Virus record (IMG/VR): IMGVR_UViG_3300035661_000001
Coordinates: 248,001 to 312,000 of that record
Length of the DNA: 64,000 nucleotides
Strand: one strand, 5' to 3'
The notes beneath the pieces are model-generated. The model did not search any database, was not told where the DNA came from, and worked only from the letters and a program-made list of their open reading frames with translations. The first letter of the stretch is position 1. The number at the start of each line of letters is the position of its first letter. The position numbers were made by a program, and so were the translations under genes. Shown in pieces: positions 49,044 through 59,587 of this stretch.

Positions 49044-49742
49044 ATGAATATTGACGAGATTTTAGATATATACACTTTAATTTCTGACGGAATCTCTGAT
49101 ATCCCCAGCAGGAAACAGGATTTTCTAGTTAGAAAAAGAGCATTTGATGCTGCTCAAAAACCAGCTATGGTTAAAAATGCTTTTGATACTCGTCGTATCG
49201 ACCAAGAAGTAGAATATAATCCTAGACGTGGATTGCAAAACTATAATAGAAGCGAACAATTTGTTTCGGAAGGTTTAGAGAAAAAAATAAGAAGTTTCTC
49301 TAAACTTAGAGACGTTTTGGTTGATTTAAAATTACAATTTGGTAAAGATCAGAACTGGCAAGACAGTAATGCCCGCGTATTATTATCAACTTTGGACAAG
49401 GGTTTGAGAATTGGAATTAATGATGGAGATTTTTCAGAAAATCAACCGTCAATGGGAAGCTTAGATTATATCGAAGAATTATTGCATGTTAGATATAGGC
49501 TAGGATTTGATGATTTGACTAAATTAGGAGCAACAGATCTGAAAAAGATTATTCTTTCTAAAGATGAAGAATTAACTCACGGAGATATGAATAAAGATTT
49601 GCACATCAGTAAAAATGATATCAGTACACAAACATATGATACTCTTCTAGAAAAATTATTCGGAGGCATCAGAGCAACGAAAGATAATCCTGAAGTAGAA
49701 AGAACGATCACTATAACTATTAAAGACAAATTTGTAGAGTAA
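49044..49742 (+). CDS. Hypothetical protein (possible head protein)
   Basis: 232 aa; MVKNA|F motif; preceded by GTAATA-N6-TAT. Confidence 0.65.
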   Translation: MNIDEILDIYTLISDGISDIPSRKQDFLVRKRAFDAAQKPAMVKNAFDTRRIDQEVEYNPRRGLQNYNRSEQFVSEGLEKKIRSFSKLRDVLVDLKLQFGKDQNWQDSNARVLLSTLDKGLRIGINDGDFSENQPSMGSLDYIEELLHVRYRLGFDDLTKLGATDLKKIILSKDEELTHGDMNKDLHISKNDISTQTYDTLLEKLFGGIRATKDNPEVERTITITIKDKFVE

Positions 49743-49749
49743 GAATCAT

Positions 49750-50400
49750 ATGAATGAATTTGCGCCATATTTAAAATTGAACGGTTGTTTTATTGTCAGA
49801 AATGTCACCCCTGACAGACAAAAAACTATCAAAATATTCAATTATCCGATCAATTTCAATACGACAAGAGATTTGTTACAAATTCCAGGAGTATCAGAGT
49901 CAGATATTAGAGCGTCACTTTTGAAGGGCGAGCTAAATCATAAAATAAGGGCTGGTGACATTTTGATTGAGTGTAGTGATATTGATTTGATTCAATTTAA
50001 TAATGCTCAAAAAACATTTTTGCAAAATGCCGGTGTAAATATTGGATTAGATGCAACAGCAGTTGGCGCAGGTTTAACTGCTGATCAACATAAAACTCTA
50101 AAACAACTTATACATTTAGCCGATGGTGTTGGTGGTCCCATGGAAGGATTTACTTCTGGGGCATATCGTGAAACTATACCAAATGGCTCTCCATTTCCTA
50201 CATCGATTACTTGGTGGACATCATCAAGTAAGTTGAAGAAAATAGTTGAAAAAAATATTGTGTGGGACATTTACAATAATCCAATAGTTATTTCTTGGAA
50301 AATGTACGATAATGATGGAGTTACTCTATTAGCTATCGTTACAGACTCTATTATTTACAATGGACCTTTCGAGGTTTCTAGAAATAGGATAATAACCTGA
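49750..50400 (+). CDS. Putative virion structural protein
   Basis: N-domain shared with 61447-61836; beta-rich C-terminus. Confidence 0.55.
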   Translation: MNEFAPYLKLNGCFIVRNVTPDRQKTIKIFNYPINFNTTRDLLQIPGVSESDIRASLLKGELNHKIRAGDILIECSDIDLIQFNNAQKTFLQNAGVNIGLDATAVGAGLTADQHKTLKQLIHLADGVGGPMEGFTSGAYRETIPNGSPFPTSITWWTSSSKLKKIVEKNIVWDIYNNPIVISWKMYDNDGVTLLAIVTDSIIYNGPFEVSRNRIIT

Positions 50401-50756
50401 TGTCAAACGAATCGCCAGCAGCAATTATATATGACGCCCTAGGTCACCCTGTAGGAGTGATATTAGATGGCTCTGTTTATCGTTTACAGGTAGATGCTAA
50501 ATTAACAGATGGTTATGCTACATTAGGTACACCCACGAACCCATTAATTAGTCAATCCTCATCAATTCAAAAGAAAGTATTATATGATATAGGTGATCCT
50601 ATTATTTATATTGGAACTGCCATTATGGGAACGGCGCCAACTGCATCTGCCTGGTTAATAAAAAAAGTAACTTTATCCGGTGGTAATCCTATATCTACTC
50701 AGTGGTCTAGTACTACTGCTATATGGAATAATAGGTCTACAGAGACATATAGTTAA
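50400..50756 (+). CDS. Small fibre-associated structural protein
   Basis: IYIGTAIMGTAPTASAWLIKKV...WNNRSTETYS pattern recalled from phage fibre proteins. Confidence 0.5.
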   Translation: MSNESPAAIIYDALGHPVGVILDGSVYRLQVDAKLTDGYATLGTPTNPLISQSSSIQKKVLYDIGDPIIYIGTAIMGTAPTASAWLIKKVTLSGGNPISTQWSSTTAIWNNRSTETYS

Positions 50757-50765
50757 AGGTAATTT

Positions 50766-53573
50766 ATGGCAACTTTTACAGTATCATCAAATGCTAATTG
50801 GCAGGATTCTACTTTCAGTACTAGAGCTGGTAATGATACATACAATATCAATGGAGCGACATTAACTATAAATACTGATACCAGATATTGTACTAACGCC
50901 ACTGCAACTACAGGAAATATTGGTAATGCTACCATCTCCAGCACTTTGGGCGGACATTTAACTATCGATTCTACCGGCGTAAGACTAATAGCTTACATTT
51001 CTGGTACAGGCACGGTGCCCGCTATAGGTACTACTATAACAAATGTTTCTGGAGGTATTACTGGATATTTACTTGGAGTTTGGTCAGCCATAAATACAAC
51101 ACCAACAGCAGCTGGTGCGGCTATGCCTGCTTCAGGATTTATAAAAGTAAAGAACACTACAGGTTCTTTTACTTCTGGGGCTTTAAGCGGCATAGGAGCA
51201 ATTTCTTCCGGAGCTGATGTACAAGGATGGATTGAGGTAGTCGGTGTTGATGGAGGGGCTTTAGCTTGTCCTAGATTAGGGTCTATTACAATAAACGGGG
51301 CTTGGTTTCTAGCTGGTACAACTAACGGATCGACAAATCAAACTATTCAATTACCTGCTAGTTTAACAAATACTTATTATTCTGGTGTTTGGATTGAAAC
51401 TGCGGTAGGCTCTAATGCTTATGAATTTTATGGAAACGCTGGATCAGCGCCAACAGTATTCGCTACCGACGCGGTTAGAGGTAAAGTTGTGTGGATTTCT
51501 GCTCAAGGAACTTGCGTAATTGCTAAAACTAGTTTTGGTGGGTATACTCCAGTTACAGGATTGAGAGTGCGTGTACCTAATATTTTATTAGTAACATGCA
51601 CTTCTGGCGCTCCAACAGCTAATAGCTATAATACTACTCAAAGTTCACGTTTTAAGTTTGATACCTCGTCTGGAGGAGCTATTAGTATTACATCTGCCAT
51701 GACCACTTGGTACAATAATATTGTATCTCCATATTCATTGACAATATCTAACTCTGGATTTTTAGATAGCTTATTAATCAGTAGCGTAGCCACATCTTTT
51801 ACAATTGATGGTTGTGGTATTGGATTAGGCACCAATATTAATGCAGCTAACAGTATAATTACAATTTCCACATGTTTTGCCGGCGGGACTGTATCAAATA
51901 GTGTTTTTGTGAGATATCAATTTGGAACAGCCAATCAGGGTTTAAACGTCAGCACTGTATTTAATATGACAGTTTCTAACTGTAAGTTTTATAATTTAGT
52001 TGACAGAACTTCAGTAATTGCTCAGGGTTATACCCAACAATCTGGAGGAAATTTAACAATATCTAACTGCACAGTTATTGGTGGAAACGTTGGTTTTACA
52101 TCAGTATCTAATGTTACTATAAATAATCTAACATATTGTGATTTGATTACTGGCACAACAACATCCTCTAATGCATTATCTGCAATAAGTTATTCCAGAT
52201 GTGTAACAGGTTTAATAAACGGAGTAAGTTTTGGCGGTATTTCAAATGTTCATCCGTACGATGGTATAGTAGGCTCTAGAGACACCGATCATTTAACAAT
52301 TAGAAATATTGGAACACCCGGAAGTCCTTTAAACTTAGGAACTTCTAATGCTTGTAGTGCTGTATTCGGTTCTTCCTCGACAGGATTACAAGCCGGTATG
52401 ACTAATCTTAGATTACAAAATATATATGTAACCAATCTTAGGTTAGGTAAATTTTGTAATTTTGTGGTAGGTGACTCTGGAATTACTTTGGAAAATTGTT
52501 TTGGTCAAGTTGGAGATACTATCTCTGGGGGCTCGCAAAATGTTGTTTCCAAAGCTTTATTTGCTGGAACTGTTCCTACTATTTTTACGGCAGTATATGG
52601 CTCTCATTTTTTTGATTCATATATTTCTACTACGGCTGGCAATATAGGTTTATTTATGAATGAAGCTAGCTCCGCCTCCGCAGCTTATGTATCTACTAGT
52701 TTAGCATCAGGTTCAGGATTCACGGCTACGGGTTCTTTAGTTATGGCTACCGCTAATGATACTGTAACTTGGACCTGGCCACATTATATTCTTGGATATA
52801 CGGCGTTCACTGCTACCGCCCCAACAGTTACCGGTACTAATGCTGCTGCTAATAATAAATATGAATATCAAATAGACAAGAATGACACCAACGGATTTAA
52901 TGGATCTTGGAAGAATTTCTATCTTCAAAAAACTGGAGGAGCTACCACCAATACTTTAGCTACAGTAACCATGACATCTACTACTGGGATAGCTGTAGGT
53001 GATATAATTTATGGAACGAATATTACGGCTGGAACTAGAGTTTTATCAGTAGATAGTTCTACACAAGTAACTATGTCAGCTAACTCTACCGGAACTGGTA
53101 GCGGTTTAACATTTATTGTTAGTGCTTTAAATGGAGAAACCAGTATTAGTGCAACGAATGGTTTTAAATTAATGATTCGTGCTACTTGCACTACTGGAAG
53201 TACAAGCAATACCATAACTGGTTGTTATTGTGTGGGCACTACAGATGCTAGCTCTCAATTAACAACGTATCCATTGGATACAGTCAACGCCACTGTAACA
53301 GTATTAAATTATCTTGGAAATCCAATTCAAAACGCTAGAGTAGCAATATATAAAACAAGCGATAATAGCCAATTAATGAATACTTTGACTGATGCAAGTG
53401 GTATGGCAACTGCCACTATATCATATACTAGTAATATTCCAATTGATATAAGAGTTAGAAAATCTAGCACTGGTACTACTAGATATGTTAATAATGATTC
53501 AGTAGGAACTATTACTAGTCTCGGATTTACTTCTATAGTAATATTATTAACTGATACAATAGCCTCTCCATAA
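50766..53573 (+). CDS. Large Thr/Ser/Gly-rich fibre/appendage protein with probable beta-helix
   Basis: 935 aa; central repeats such as LTISNCTVIG / VTINNLTY; C-terminal beta-sandwich. Confidence 0.65.
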   Translation: MATFTVSSNANWQDSTFSTRAGNDTYNINGATLTINTDTRYCTNATATTGNIGNATISSTLGGHLTIDSTGVRLIAYISGTGTVPAIGTTITNVSGGITGYLLGVWSAINTTPTAAGAAMPASGFIKVKNTTGSFTSGALSGIGAISSGADVQGWIEVVGVDGGALACPRLGSITINGAWFLAGTTNGSTNQTIQLPASLTNTYYSGVWIETAVGSNAYEFYGNAGSAPTVFATDAVRGKVVWISAQGTCVIAKTSFGGYTPVTGLRVRVPNILLVTCTSGAPTANSYNTTQSSRFKFDTSSGGAISITSAMTTWYNNIVSPYSLTISNSGFLDSLLISSVATSFTIDGCGIGLGTNINAANSIITISTCFAGGTVSNSVFVRYQFGTANQGLNVSTVFNMTVSNCKFYNLVDRTSVIAQGYTQQSGGNLTISNCTVIGGNVGFTSVSNVTINNLTYCDLITGTTTSSNALSAISYSRCVTGLINGVSFGGISNVHPYDGIVGSRDTDHLTIRNIGTPGSPLNLGTSNACSAVFGSSSTGLQAGMTNLRLQNIYVTNLRLGKFCNFVVGDSGITLENCFGQVGDTISGGSQNVVSKALFAGTVPTIFTAVYGSHFFDSYISTTAGNIGLFMNEASSASAAYVSTSLASGSGFTATGSLVMATANDTVTWTWPHYILGYTAFTATAPTVTGTNAAANNKYEYQIDKNDTNGFNGSWKNFYLQKTGGATTNTLATVTMTSTTGIAVGDIIYGTNITAGTRVLSVDSSTQVTMSANSTGTGSGLTFIVSALNGETSISATNGFKLMIRATCTTGSTSNTITGCYCVGTTDASSQLTTYPLDTVNATVTVLNYLGNPIQNARVAIYKTSDNSQLMNTLTDASGMATATISYTSNIPIDIRVRKSSTGTTRYVNNDSVGTITSLGFTSIVILLTDTIASP

Positions 53574-53615
53574 CAACTACTTTTAAAGCATACATGTGTA
53601 ACATTAGGAGAACAA

Positions 53616-56051
53616 ATGTCTGATACAATTTTATCTGGAGATTTCACAGTATATTATTTGGCGGAAAATCGTCAAAAACGTATAGTATGGACTGGCAGTG
53701 CAACTGGTACTAGAACAGTAAATGAATTGTATTCTGCATTAGCTGATTTACTTGATGAATTAAATCAGATGGATGATGGCAGCGTAATGAGCGCCCAGAC
53801 TCCTACCGAGTATACAATTGGTATTATTGATCCTTCTGATAAAGATCCTTGGTTTATTGATCGTACCTCTGTAGAACATTTAAAAGGTGGTGCGTTAAAA
53901 ACTAATGGGTGGGCGAGAGTCACTACTACTAATACTGGAATTGTAAGAATCCCTTATTTGGTCGGAGCTGGAGCTAATTTTATTACTTCAGATATTGGTA
54001 AAACTGTTACAAATGCCGGAAACAGCGCCACAGGTACATTATTAGATTTTGCCACATCTGGTGGAGCATCCTATGCCTGGATTAGACCAACATCATCTGC
54101 TTCAGGACATGATTGGGGTGTATCTGGAGTAAATGGTGCTGTTACTGTTACAAGTGGAACTGGTAACGTTACTCAGTCTGCCACATCAGTAAGTGGAGAG
54201 ATGTTGTGGGCTAATATTTATAACACTGGTATCGCAACACTAGCATCTAATACTACACTTTATGTTTATCAAAACAGCACAAAATTAACATCTTATAAGG
54301 GCACGTTTTCATGGTGGCCAACAGGTACATTTGATGTTTTAATTCCAGTTAAAGACATGGGAACATTGATAGATGGTGGGTATGTAACAGTTTTTGCTAG
54401 ACAAGCGGATACTACTTACGCTCACTTTATTACAGCTTTAAGTTCTGGTGGTAGAAATCCTATTCCTCTTCAAACAGCATTAGATTTAAATAATAGTAAT
54501 ATTGGATATCGTACTTTTACTAGTACTTCTGGTACTGGTACTTTTGTTGTTGGAGAAATTATTTTCGCCCCCGCCGCTGGAGGTTTAACTGCTGCTACTA
54601 AAAAAGCAGTATTAACTGCGGTTTCGGGATCTCCTGGAACAACGCCAACTTTAACTTATTATTTAATTGGTGATTTAACAGATTTTGTTAATACAGATAC
54701 TGTTAAGGGCAATACTTCTTCCGCAACATGCACGTCGGCGGCGCCAAGTAATACTTCAATTGTAAGTTATACGTCTACAATTACGCATGGAAATACCACT
54801 GCGGATATTAATGAAGACGGAACTAGTGAATATTATTCAATAGCAATTGATTTAACAAATACATATTCTGTATTACAAGGCTATCAGTGGACCCAGTTTT
54901 TAACTAGACGTGGTGGATTAACTACGACTAATACTAATGGTATTGAGGGAGAACAATATATAGGAAGTGATTATAGAATAAGCTATACTACATTAACTGG
55001 AAGTATAGCTGAAGGAACTATAGTTACCGGGGTTACTAGTGGAGCTACAGGAACTGTGGTTTCACACAATACTACAGCTAAAATATTAGTATTGCGCAAT
55101 TCTAGAGGAACTTTTTCATCAGGTGAAATTGTACGTAGGGCAGCAAGCAACGAAGTATCGGCTGCTGTGCCAACTCAGATTACTCCTATCAGCGGAGCCC
55201 CATTTGGTTTATTTGCTGGAGGAACTTGGTTTACTGCGCCTGGCGTTGTATTGGTTAACTTTTTGACGGCAGACGTAAACAAGTTTCAGCTAATAGACGA
55301 TACTGGTGCTACAGTTGTAGCTCCTACTAAAGTTAATATTTCAGTGGATAATACAAGAGTAGGAGATAGGGTTGCTGTATTTAGATTGACCGCTGCCGGT
55401 GGTATAATTAATAAAACAGAATATGTTGGAACAACGCAATCAGCTGGAGCAACTACCTTAGTTACTGGATCATCTATTACTAATGACACTCCTGGTAAGA
55501 GTACTGGCGGTATTGTACGTATAATTAAAACATCTACTCAAGCAGAATATAGATTGCGTTATAATTCATATGCCGGATCTACTTTTACATTATCATCTAG
55601 AACTGGATTAACAGCAGACTCAGGATCTACTAGTACTGTTTTATTTGACGCCGCTGCTACTTTCGTAACTTGGGGTATTAAAGTTGGAGATTTAATCAGA
55701 AATACTACAGAATCAGTTGTTGCCTATGTAACGGCTGTTACAGATGAAACACATCTCACAACTACTGCTGTAACTGATTGGACTGGTGATTCATATGAAA
55801 TAAATACATTACCAGTGGCTATGACAAGCTCTGATAATATCTACGTTCCAATAATAGATAGTTATGAAACTACTGGTAGTAGTGGGTCTCCTGGTAATGA
55901 AAGCACTAATGCTACTTACATATCAAACGTCGCAGTACTCGTAAGAGCTAGACAAGCCGGACAAATCTTACCATTTGAAACCGAATCAACAATTACTTCT
56001 GGTGGTATGACAGTTAGCGTAATTCGCACATCTGATACAATCTTCACCTAA
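53616..56051 (+). CDS. Large Thr/Gly-rich fibre/appendage protein
   Basis: 811 aa, beta-rich; C-terminus related to that of the preceding protein. Confidence 0.65.
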   Translation: MSDTILSGDFTVYYLAENRQKRIVWTGSATGTRTVNELYSALADLLDELNQMDDGSVMSAQTPTEYTIGIIDPSDKDPWFIDRTSVEHLKGGALKTNGWARVTTTNTGIVRIPYLVGAGANFITSDIGKTVTNAGNSATGTLLDFATSGGASYAWIRPTSSASGHDWGVSGVNGAVTVTSGTGNVTQSATSVSGEMLWANIYNTGIATLASNTTLYVYQNSTKLTSYKGTFSWWPTGTFDVLIPVKDMGTLIDGGYVTVFARQADTTYAHFITALSSGGRNPIPLQTALDLNNSNIGYRTFTSTSGTGTFVVGEIIFAPAAGGLTAATKKAVLTAVSGSPGTTPTLTYYLIGDLTDFVNTDTVKGNTSSATCTSAAPSNTSIVSYTSTITHGNTTADINEDGTSEYYSIAIDLTNTYSVLQGYQWTQFLTRRGGLTTTNTNGIEGEQYIGSDYRISYTTLTGSIAEGTIVTGVTSGATGTVVSHNTTAKILVLRNSRGTFSSGEIVRRAASNEVSAAVPTQITPISGAPFGLFAGGTWFTAPGVVLVNFLTADVNKFQLIDDTGATVVAPTKVNISVDNTRVGDRVAVFRLTAAGGIINKTEYVGTTQSAGATTLVTGSSITNDTPGKSTGGIVRIIKTSTQAEYRLRYNSYAGSTFTLSSRTGLTADSGSTSTVLFDAAATFVTWGIKVGDLIRNTTESVVAYVTAVTDETHLTTTAVTDWTGDSYEINTLPVAMTSSDNIYVPIIDSYETTGSSGSPGNESTNATYISNVAVLVRARQAGQILPFETESTITSGGMTVSVIRTSDTIFT

Positions 56052-56059
56052 AAAATAAT

Positions 56060-56431
56060 ATGAGCTTATCATTAGAAAAAGAAGCGCTACAATATAATTT
56101 ATCGTCTCTTATTGATTTACAAAATAAGAGACGAAACAATATTGTTTTGTTTGAGCAATCAATTAAAAAAGAAAGAGACATGTCTAATCAAGAAGAAACA
56201 ATTCAGTTTTCATTAGAAAATAAAATTATGTTACATGATAAAGGTATTAATAAATTAAGTGATACTGAATATCATTGGATTTTATCAGATCTACCTAAAT
56301 TAAAAACTACTCGCGAAAAAAGAAATCAAACAATAATGCTTTTAAAAACAGCTATTATTGAAGAGCAAACATCTATGGATCGTGAGGAGCGTATGATCGC
56401 ATTCTTGGAGTCCAATGACGGTAAGAAATGA
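56060..56431 (+). CDS. Coiled-coil protein
   Basis: 123 aa, heptad pattern. Confidence 0.65.
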   Translation: MSLSLEKEALQYNLSSLIDLQNKRRNNIVLFEQSIKKERDMSNQEETIQFSLENKIMLHDKGINKLSDTEYHWILSDLPKLKTTREKRNQTIMLLKTAIIEEQTSMDREERMIAFLESNDGKK

Positions 56432-57638
56432 TTTATCATTTGATTGGATAAGTTCCCCTCGTATCATAACTGTGTTATCTCCTTCAACGGATATAACTGT
56501 ACAAGATTTAGTGGATACTTGTCGTGTTGAAGAAGAGCAACTTTACAATTTACAATATGCAAAAATAATTAATGCAAATGGTAAAGATAGTTTAGGTGGC
56601 GGAGTATTCGTTGGTATTACGGCTACATTACAAAATGCTTTATTAGCTTTTGAGGCACGTCCGGGACCTACTTTTGTGCAATGCAATGTGCAGGGCGGAA
56701 ATTTAGTGGCTGAAGATATAAATGGCAATAATATAGATCCTATTTTAACTACTGCATATACTCAAGTTGTTAGAACGTCATCTTCTAGTTCTACATTACA
56801 AGAATTAGCAGATATTCAATATAGCAGCTTTAGTAATGGGGTTACGGTTAATTTTTTATCACCATATTCTGGGACTGTATATCCAATAGGGACCCCACGA
56901 CAACCTGTTAATAATTTTTTAGATGCATTGGATATTGCCAATTCTAGAGGATTTTCTAAATTATTTATTATTGGAAACGCATTAGTAGATAGCGGATTAA
57001 ATTATAGTGGAAAAGTATTTTACGGTGAAAGCATAACAAAATCAACATTAACTATAGATCCATTGGCTCAAGTTAATGGCTGCGAATTTCATGATGCTAC
57101 AATTACTGGAACATTAGATGGTGGATCTACCATTAAAGATTGTAGGGTATTGAATTTGAATTATGTGGATGGTATTATTGAATCTTCAGTACTTACTGGT
57201 ATCATAACTTTGGATGGAGACGCTTTGATTTTAGATTGTTGGAGTGACACACCCAACAATCATCCAGTTATAGATTTTAATAATAGTGCATCCGCATTTG
57301 CTATGAGAAATTATGATGGCTCAATTATTATTGAGAATAAGTCTCGATCCGAGCCGGCTACAATTGATTTGTCAAGTGGTCAGATAACCCTTGACACGAC
57401 TGTGACAGCAGGAAATATTATTGTTCGTGGTATCGGACAATTAATAAATAATAGCAGTGGTACTGCGGTGGTTAACTCTTCATTTTTATTAAGCCCCATA
57501 TCCATTACTAATGCTGTTTTAGATGAACCTAATTCTAATCATTTAATCTCTGGTAGCATTGGCGAAGCAATTGCAAATTCTGGATTAACTCCCGAACAAG
57601 CAAAACAGTTATTACTTATATTTGTTAACTCATTATAA
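56415..57638 (+). CDS. Putative structural protein with short beta-solenoid
   Basis: 407 aa; GCEFHDATITGTLDGGSTIKDCRV-type repeats. Confidence 0.55.
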   Translation: MTVRNDLSFDWISSPRIITVLSPSTDITVQDLVDTCRVEEEQLYNLQYAKIINANGKDSLGGGVFVGITATLQNALLAFEARPGPTFVQCNVQGGNLVAEDINGNNIDPILTTAYTQVVRTSSSSSTLQELADIQYSSFSNGVTVNFLSPYSGTVYPIGTPRQPVNNFLDALDIANSRGFSKLFIIGNALVDSGLNYSGKVFYGESITKSTLTIDPLAQVNGCEFHDATITGTLDGGSTIKDCRVLNLNYVDGIIESSVLTGIITLDGDALILDCWSDTPNNHPVIDFNNSASAFAMRNYDGSIIIENKSRSEPATIDLSSGQITLDTTVTAGNIIVRGIGQLINNSSGTAVVNSSFLLSPISITNAVLDEPNSNHLISGSIGEAIANSGLTPEQAKQLLLIFVNSL

Positions 57639-57676
57639 TGATCCGCACATAAAATAGTATTACGAAAGAGGATGAT

Positions 57677-58009
57677 ATGCCAACTAATAATTTTCCAAAT
57701 ATAGGAAAGATAACATATGGAAGAGATTTTAATTTCTTCAACAAGTTAACAGTAACAGCCACAAATTTTGGCGATCAATCAGTAGATGGATATCAGCCAG
57801 ATGTTATCATAACTTTTCCTACTTACACTGTTACTTTCCAATTGGAAAGCGGCGGTCCAGTACAATACAGTTTTAATGGAAATACTGTTCATGGGGATAT
57901 GACATCAGGTAAAGCTAGTGCAAGTTTAACATTTGAAAATAGAGTTATCTCTAAGATTTGGTTTAAAGGCTCAGGAGTAGTTCGAATTGAAGCCTGGGCA
58001 ATAAGATGA
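57677..58009 (+). CDS. Small beta-rich putative structural protein
   Basis: 110 aa; GAGGA RBS. Confidence 0.6.
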   Translation: MPTNNFPNIGKITYGRDFNFFNKLTVTATNFGDQSVDGYQPDVIITFPTYTVTFQLESGGPVQYSFNGNTVHGDMTSGKASASLTFENRVISKIWFKGSGVVRIEAWAIR

Positions 58010-58023
58010 TATAGAATAGATTC

Positions 58024-58338
58024 ATGAAACGTTCTCGAAAGATCATCAAAGATAAATGCGAAATTGAAGGGTGTGACGTGACTGAGTCAGGTGCACTTCA
58101 TTTGCATCATATTATAGAAAGAACTGAAGTAAACACAACTAATAACAGTTTTAATTTGGCAATTTTGTGCGCGACACATCATGCCTTTGTTCACTGTAAC
58201 AGATTAAAAATAATTGGTGTTTATCCGGCAACCAAGCCACCTAATAATAGAATTTTGGTATATGAATTAGATGGAAGAAAGAATATAGATCTTGATATTC
58301 CTTACATCCAATTCAAAAATAAATCATTTAAGATATGA
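58024..58338 (+). CDS. Small HNH endonuclease
   Basis: CEIEGC...LHLHHII...NLAILCATHHAFVH. Confidence 0.85.
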   Translation: MKRSRKIIKDKCEIEGCDVTESGALHLHHIIERTEVNTTNNSFNLAILCATHHAFVHCNRLKIIGVYPATKPPNNRILVYELDGRKNIDLDIPYIQFKNKSFKI

Positions 58339-58350
58339 AAGAGAAAGCGT

Positions 58351-58674
58351 ATGAGCTTTAAAATTGATGCGACAGACCCGGCTAATCTCAAGAGTACTGC
58401 CCTCTCAGAGAGAGAAACTAGAAAACGTCTTTTAACTCATGCCCGGTTATTGGGATTTGAGAAAGATATGTTATTATTATTTGCTAAAGCAGATAAGCAA
58501 ATACGTAATTGTACTAATGAAAAAGAAAAACAAGATATTGGTAAAATGTATAGTATATTGATATATAAATTATTAGGAGGAGGTGGTCAATTATATATTG
58601 ATGGAAATTTAGTATGTGATGATGAACCAAAAAATAATGAGAATAATTTATATATACCACAATCGAGTAAATAA
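58351..58674 (+). CDS. Hypothetical protein
   Basis: 107 aa; last 12 codons lie inside the downstream GIY-YIG gene. Confidence 0.65.
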   Translation: MSFKIDATDPANLKSTALSERETRKRLLTHARLLGFEKDMLLLFAKADKQIRNCTNEKEKQDIGKMYSILIYKLLGGGGQLYIDGNLVCDDEPKNNENNLYIPQSSK

Positions 58675-59350
58675 TAAAATTTATGTTGGACAAACTTTTG
58701 ATTTAAATAAAAGAATAAATGGTCATAAAAGCGAAACTTTTAGTAGATTACGAAATCATCCTTTTTACAATGCTATAAGAAAATATAATTTGAATAATTT
58801 TGATATTGTAGAACTAGAAAATATTGAAGATAATTGCGCTGATGATCGTGAAGCATTTTATATTCAATATTTTAAGAGTTATGACAGAAATTACGGCTAC
58901 AATATAGAATTGGGTGGGTGTAAAAATAAGATAATTTCTGAAGAAACTAAGAAAAAAATTTCTGATGCCAATGTTGGAAAATGTTATAATACATTAGAGC
59001 ATATGGAAAAATTACATAAAATGACTGGTGATAGATTGCGCGGCACACATTTGTCACAAAAAATTAAAAAGAAAATTTCTGAATCACGTATGGGTTTTAA
59101 ACATACTGAAAAAACAAAACAAAAAATGTCAGAAACTAGAGTCAAAGGGGGTACGTTTGCCGGAAACAAAAATCCTAATTTTGGAAAAACTGGAAATTTA
59201 AATCCGGCAACCAAATTAAATTGGGAAATTATTAATAACATTAGGCTAGATTATTCTTTAGGTCTCAAAGGTAAAAAACTAATGAAAAAATACAATATTA
59301 GTGAAACTAATATGTATAGAATACTTAAAAATGAAATTTGGAAAGTATAA
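58637..59350 (+). mobile_element. GIY-YIG homing endonuclease with NUMOD3-like repeats
   Basis: Probable start ATG 58637: MRIIYIYHNRVNNKIYVGQT; YGYN; HTEKTKQKMSE; C-terminal HTH. Confidence 0.88.
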
Positions 59351-59353
59351 TTT

Positions 59354-59584
59354 ATGAGTGACAAGTTTTATGGTGAAGTTATTTGGTTTGATCCAAAACG
59401 TGGGTATGGTTTTGTAGGTTGGTCAAAAGATGAGGTTGCTCAAAAAGATTTGTTTGTGCATTTCTCTGATGTATCATGTGACGGATTCAAAACCTTATAC
59501 AAAGGTCAAAAAATAACTTTTAGTTTAGGTTTTAATAATCATGGTGATTTAAAAGCAGTAGATGTAGTTGTATTGAAACATTAA
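59354..59584 (+). CDS. csp: Cold-shock domain protein
   Basis: GEVIWFDPKRGYGFV (RNP1) and DLFVHFSDV (RNP2). Confidence 0.92.
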   Translation: MSDKFYGEVIWFDPKRGYGFVGWSKDEVAQKDLFVHFSDVSCDGFKTLYKGQKITFSLGFNNHGDLKAVDVVVLKH

Positions 59585-59587
59585 GGT

